Assembly: GCA_958009085.1 (NCBI GenBank)
Contig: OY253669.1
Span: 186,001-250,000, forward strand
DNA length: 64,000 bases
Source: Protoeuglena noctilucae
Taxonomy: Eukaryota
Direction of reading: 5' to 3'
A program made the translations under genes and the position numbers. The notes beneath the pieces are model-generated. The model saw nothing but the letters and a program-made list of their open reading frames with translations. It was not told where the DNA came from and ran no database searches. Below, one piece after another: positions 58,823 through 64,000 of the stretch. The stretch's first letter is position 1, and each line of letters begins with the position of its first letter.

Positions 58823-59199
58823 TGACAAAGGGACGCGCCATAATGGGTTGCGACTTCCCCGCACATGGTTTCCGATGACCGGGCCTGGCAGCAAGTCCTG
58901 TCGCCGCCTGCGAGGCCGCTGCGACACCCGATCGGTTTGTGCATGTTTTCAGCCTACACAGCCACTCCTCGTTTCAGTTCTAAAAATAGCCGCGCTTTCG
59001 CCGCGCCAGGTGCCGTGACCGTTCGACGGCGGCCACGAGGCACCGGCGCCCGTCCTTCGCCCTCGCTTTCCTTGACTGTGTGTCGCCCTAGGCCATGGCA
59101 GGCAGCCAGCGCTCGCTCAGAGGTCATCAGTACGCCCTCGGCTGTCAGCACATGGCTTTCAAGTGCACGCGACTTTCCAGCCACACAGGCACAGCGACC

Positions 59200-61587
59200 T
59201 TAGAGCGGGGCGGCGCCTGACGACGCCAGGAGCCCGTACCCCGTGCCCCCCGCGGCGGCGGCGGGCAGCAGCAGCAGCGCCGTGGGCAGCAGGGCTTGCG
59301 ACCAAGAGAGGGTCGGGGAGGCGCGGAGGGTGTGCAGCAGCGCCAGCGTGATGCTGAAGAGGGTCAAGGCACCCGCTTGGTGCAGAGAGCCGAGCTCCAC
59401 TGGCACGTGAGTCATCAGGGCTGCAGCGAGAGGGCCCGGATGGGGAGTGACATGAGCTGCGCAAGCTAGACACATGCGCGGGCCAGGACGCCCCGTAACT
59501 CCTTTCGCAAAAGCACTGCCAACCTCACCTGCGATGCCGAGGGTGACCTGCAGCCCCGTCATGTGCAGCATGGCTGACACGAGCGTGCGCGTCGGCCGGG
59601 GCAGTGGCAGGCCGCGGCACGAGGCCCAGAAGGCCCCCACGGCGCCCAGGGTGGTGAGGGCGAGGACGCGGTGGTCGAACTGAACCGCCGCCGTGTTCTC
59701 AAAGAAGTTGCGCCACCTGGGACGGAGGGCCAGGTGCTATAGGTGCAAGGTGCAGTTTCGTCCCCCCGTATCGCTTGGGTGACGTGCACAGTTGCCGCAC
59801 TCCAGGCTGCCACGCCTCGCATGTCTACCATCGCCCTCACCGTGGCTCTGACGTGAAGTACTCTTGCGTCGGCACCAACTGCCCATTCATGAAAGGGAAG
59901 TCGTTGTACGCCCGCCCCGCGTCCATGCCCGCCACGAATGCGCCAGACACGGCAGTCAGACTTATCAGGCCGGCCAGCGGGAGGGCGCGGCGGCGCACGG
60001 CTCGCATGGCCTGAGCCCCGGCCAGGTCCACCTGCGGGTTTGTGCAGTTAAACTGATGTCGGCCGTCTCGGTAGGTACGTGCTGCAGAGATGCGCAAGGA
60101 AGCAGCTGGAGCACGTGCCAGGCTTACCTTGGTCATGAGTGGTGCGGGACTGCGGAGGGTGAGGAACGTCCAGAACAGGGCGGTGAAGATGGCGAACGCG
60201 CTGGTGAGGTGCGTGGCGAGGCGATAGGGCGACACCCGGGGGGTGTCCCACTCCTTGGGAGGCTCCTCTAGCCCAGACTGGGGTACAGAAAGAGGGGGAT
60301 CGAAAAGATTCGAGCCGTGCGCGTGCGAGGCAGCATGTGCGCCGATGCCTGGGTGTCGACGGTCGCTGTTCTAGGCAGTGACCAGTGAGCGACGAATGTG
60401 CATTGCGATGTGCGAGGTGTACGCTCGGCCCTCGCCTTGACCATCCACCACCCGATTAATCCCTGGGCTCCCCCGGCGGCGAAGATGGCCAGGAGGCGCC
60501 TCGTAAGGGGCGGGGTCAGCCACCGCTTAGCCAGGAAGAGGGTGAAGGGGGCGAGGAAGTACAGGCCCAGGCCTCGTCCCCACATCCTGTGGGCCCACTC
60601 CATCTGCACAAGCGAGGGACAGGGGCAGGTCACAAACGTCAGTGTTGGGTGGTGGCCCCCGATGCGTTGCGTGCTTGCCAGCGCTGAGAGTCGCTCATGT
60701 CAGGCATGCGCCACTGCCAGCGTTGTAATGTGAGGTCTCACCCAGTAGATGAATTTGAACTCCTCAACGGTCATGGAAGTGTTGACGCGCTTGAACTCGG
60801 GGCTCTCCTTGTACTTCGCAAACTCCTCCAGCCACTCCTCCTGCGAATGAGAGCCAAAAGATGCAGTAAGCGCCACAGTGTGCTTGGACGGGCTGGCTGT
60901 CCCTGGAGCCAGCGTGGGGTGCGTGCGTGGAGGGAAGGCGAGAGCGGGTGCGGCGGTCACCTGGGTCGACGGCGGTCGTTCGCCAGAAAACTTCCAGTCG
61001 GTCATGGACAGGCCGGACCTCGTGAGTCGCGTGACGCCGCCCAGCACCACGAGGGTGAACACCCAAGCCGAGGCGCCCCCCAGCCACCACGACACCCACT
61101 TGCGCGCCGGGTCTGCATGGGAAGACAAGTGCAGCTGGCTCCACATGAAGGCCGGGATTAGCAGATGGTCATTCATGATCCATCTGGCTGCCAGGCGCCG
61201 CAAGGTGGGATCCTCACCTGACATCCCCGCAACCACAGCGGACACGCCTGGGACGGACGCGTTCGCATGGGTCGCGAGCTGGCGGCGTGCGTTTCCCCAA
61301 AACGGCTGCTCCAGGACCGACAGTGGATTCCTATGCGCGCTGCGAGCCGATGCCTGCCCGGCGCCCGCGGCATGCGCCCACACGGCCTTGGCAGCCAACC
61401 AGCGAGCAGCTGCAAACCCGCTGCCGTCGCGCGCCCAGGAGCCTAGACCCCCAAGATTGCGCCATCCGAGTCCCAAAGTATCGGGGAAGGCCTTTGCAGC
61501 GACTGCAGAGGCGCCGGCGAGCCCTTGCCCTGCGCCCTTTGCAGCCCGCGCGGCAGCGACCAGCGCCGAGCGGACGCTGCCCGCCAT
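59200..61587 (-). CDS. COX15: Heme A synthase
   Basis: VVLGGVTRLTRSGLSMTDWK, FKFIYWMEWAHRMWGR, QGLIGWWMVKSGL, VSPYRLATHL, SGAFVAGMDAGRAYNDFP, QFDHR and LGSLHQAG. Confidence 0.95.
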
Positions 61588-62370
61588 TGCCCGCCCAAGG
61601 ACGCCACGACGCAATGACTTATACAGCGTACACTGCAGATGTGCGATTCGACCAATCTATTCAGATGAAAGGGCAAGCGAAAGCTGCTCTGGGAAGCCCC
61701 TGGATAGCGACCAGGGAGGCGAAACCGAGATCGACCGGCGCCCCGAGTACGCTGGAAAGCCGAAGCAGCGAACATGGATGACACCGCGGCCATCGACCAG
61801 CAAAGTCGGGCGCATCACGGACTTGCGTGGCGTAGCCAGTCGTGCCGCCAGTCGTCAGTGGCGAGGCGGCAATGGTTTGATGGAGCGCACGGCCATTCCA
61901 GACCAGCAATTAGATTGACGTCGCTACAGTGGAAGCCGTGGCTTGAGCGTGCGGTCTGTTTGGTGAAATTCACTGGGAAAGCAGCATTGCCCAACGGGCA
62001 GCGCAGCAACGGGGGCTGGGAGAGACGTGGAGTTTTCACTGTACCGGTTGAGGAGATGGGCCCTCCGGTGGTCGACCAATGCCGGCTGCCCCCGCTTCCA
62101 GGTGCGCCGAGCTGATTTCCTCGGCTTCCCGCGCGTGTGATGTTACGCGCACGTTTTCCAGGGCATTTTTCCTCCTCGACACACCACTCTTGCGAAGGAC
62201 ACGACGACACGCGTGCATGCTAGGCGGCACACGGGCACGACGCGTTCCCCGCGCCCGCAGCGCACAAACTGCCCAACCTCACGGGGCTCGGCGCCCACGA
62301 TCGCCTGCGCGTGATTCGGGAGGCTTCCGCGGCTGAGAAGGATGGCCTTCGGAAGGAGCTGGACCGGGCC

Positions 62371-64000
62371 ATGGAGGGCGTGGCGGGGTGCATCACTCTT
62401 GGTGAGCCCCGCTCGCCGCCAGCACCCGCGCAAGCGCCACGCTTGCACAGACGGGCTCATGTCCATGGTACAAATGCTGCCGCAGGTTTGTGGAGCGCGT
62501 GCGGGCTCCAGCCCAAGCTCATGGGCGGGAAGCGCGAGGTCTGGGCAGCCGAGCAGACGACCGACCCAGCGGCCCAGGGCAGCCGCATGACGCGGAGGGG
62601 CTTCGTCGGCTTCGGGTACACACACATGGGCGGGAAGGGCAAGGAGCGAAAGCGACGGTGGCGCGGTCGGAAGGTGTGCGGTTTTGAAGCGCGCAGCGGC
62701 AGGCCGCAGCCGTCCCCGCCAGCCGGGACTGGACGTGCGAGTTTGTATTTTTGTCCACAGGGTCCCGCTCGTGATCCTCGAGCGATGCGGAACGAGGCGG
62801 TGGCGGAGCTGCGGGGCGGGGACATAGCGGGCGAGCCGCAGGTGGGCGCAGCTGGGAACGACGAGGCTGACGAGGAGCGGCGCGAGGATCGCGTGACGGT
62901 CGGATGCGCGGAGTGCTCGGAGAAGGACGCTCTGGAGCAGCCCTGCCGTGTCTGCGGCAGGGCGCCCATCCTCACGGTGCCTCCCGTTGGCGGGGCTTTC
63001 GAGGTCGCTCCACTGCCGACCCTCGGACCCATGGAGATGCCCGCGCTGACGGCGTCGACGGTGACATCTCCCCGGGAGACGCCGCGGCAAGGTTTCCGGG
63101 GTAGGCAGGGCCGCGGCGACGGGCAGGCCGGTGAGGACAGGCCGGGGGTTTCCGGCAAGGGCGGTGGGGACGGTGTGGCGGAGGCGAGGGGTGGGAGTCG
63201 GGCGGCGGAGGACCGGGGCCGGGGACAGCGGAGCAAGCCGAACACGCCGCGCGCGGCCAGGAGGGTGGAGGGCGGCGAGTGGGGGTCGTCGGGGCGGGGC
63301 CGGGGCGCTCGGAAGGGCAAGAAGGCGGGAGACGGGGAGTGGTCGGCCCCGGCGAGGCAGCGGAGTTCGCGAAAGGCGGACGACGAGGACTGGGGGCCGA
63401 TGGCTGCGAGCCCGAGGGGCCAGGTATGCGGATGGGACCACTAGCCTGGGGCTAACGTCGTTGATCGCATCACGTTGGATCACCTTGGCAATGCGCCCGA
63501 GGGCGAGCGCAGTGACTTTTTCATATGTTCCCAAATGCGCCTGCCCCCGCAGAGTCCCAGGTCGCGCAGGCGCGTGGTTCGGACCAACACGACCAGCACG
63601 TCTGACGACACGCCAGTTGGGGAGGGGTCCCTGGAGGGCGGCGTGGAGCGGAAGATGACGGACGAGGAGCTGGCGCTGCTGCTGCACCATGAGTTGAATG
63701 CCACGCACGTGCGGAGGCGGACGCGGGAGCAGCGCGGAGCGGGTGAGCATGCGGCACGCGGCTGCTGGAGGGGAGATAGCAGGAACCCGGATGGGGCGCT
63801 GCGAGTGCCCGCGATGCTGGGATGACAGCTTGTCACTCGAACTCGCCAGACCGTGGGCCGTAGTGGTGGGGTGGGTGAGGCTGTGATCGTTAAAGCGATG
63901 ACCGGGTCATCTCTTGTACTCCTCTGCCTCGCAGGGCCTCCTGCGCCGCCGAGCCCGACGTGGGACCTCCCTACGCCGACGCGCAAGCGGCGGGTCGCGA
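62371..64000 (+). CDS. Hypothetical low-complexity protein, 3'-truncated by the window edge, with a CxxC..CxxC motif and a DEELALLLHHELN motif
   Basis: Long G/R/E-rich open frames with plausible GT/AG boundaries (62734-62760, 63424-63552, 63743-63934). The start is not defined. Confidence 0.35.

Overview
This is gene-dense, GC-rich eukaryotic nuclear DNA with many short spliceosomal introns (mostly about 70-200 nt). It is most consistent with a flagellated green alga: the proteins are plant/chlorophyte-type with transit-peptide-like N-termini, and the outer dynein arm docking complex and rotatin are present. I assembled about 26 intron-containing protein genes by hand from the ORF track and splice signals. 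They include BI-1, two divergent cyclophilin-family proteins, MDAR, a CREST-type membrane hydrolase, aspartate kinase, purC, a RETICULATA-related protein, ODA-DC2, dTMP kinase, an SDR, MurF, a TMEM143/DUF3754 protein, a lipase, purB, MED4, a START/polyketide-cyclase protein, endonuclease V, rotatin, OAT, a fatty-acid elongase and COX15. I saw no rRNA, tRNA, CRISPR array or transposon. The most notable observations are: (1) an in-frame TAG at a conserved Trp in an otherwise intact MDAR, sitting at the top of a predicted stem; (2) a nuclear, intron-containing MurF, suggesting plastid peptidoglycan; (3) about ten GC-AG introns. All family calls come from recalled motifs, not database searches. 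Exon boundaries and several start codons are approximate.
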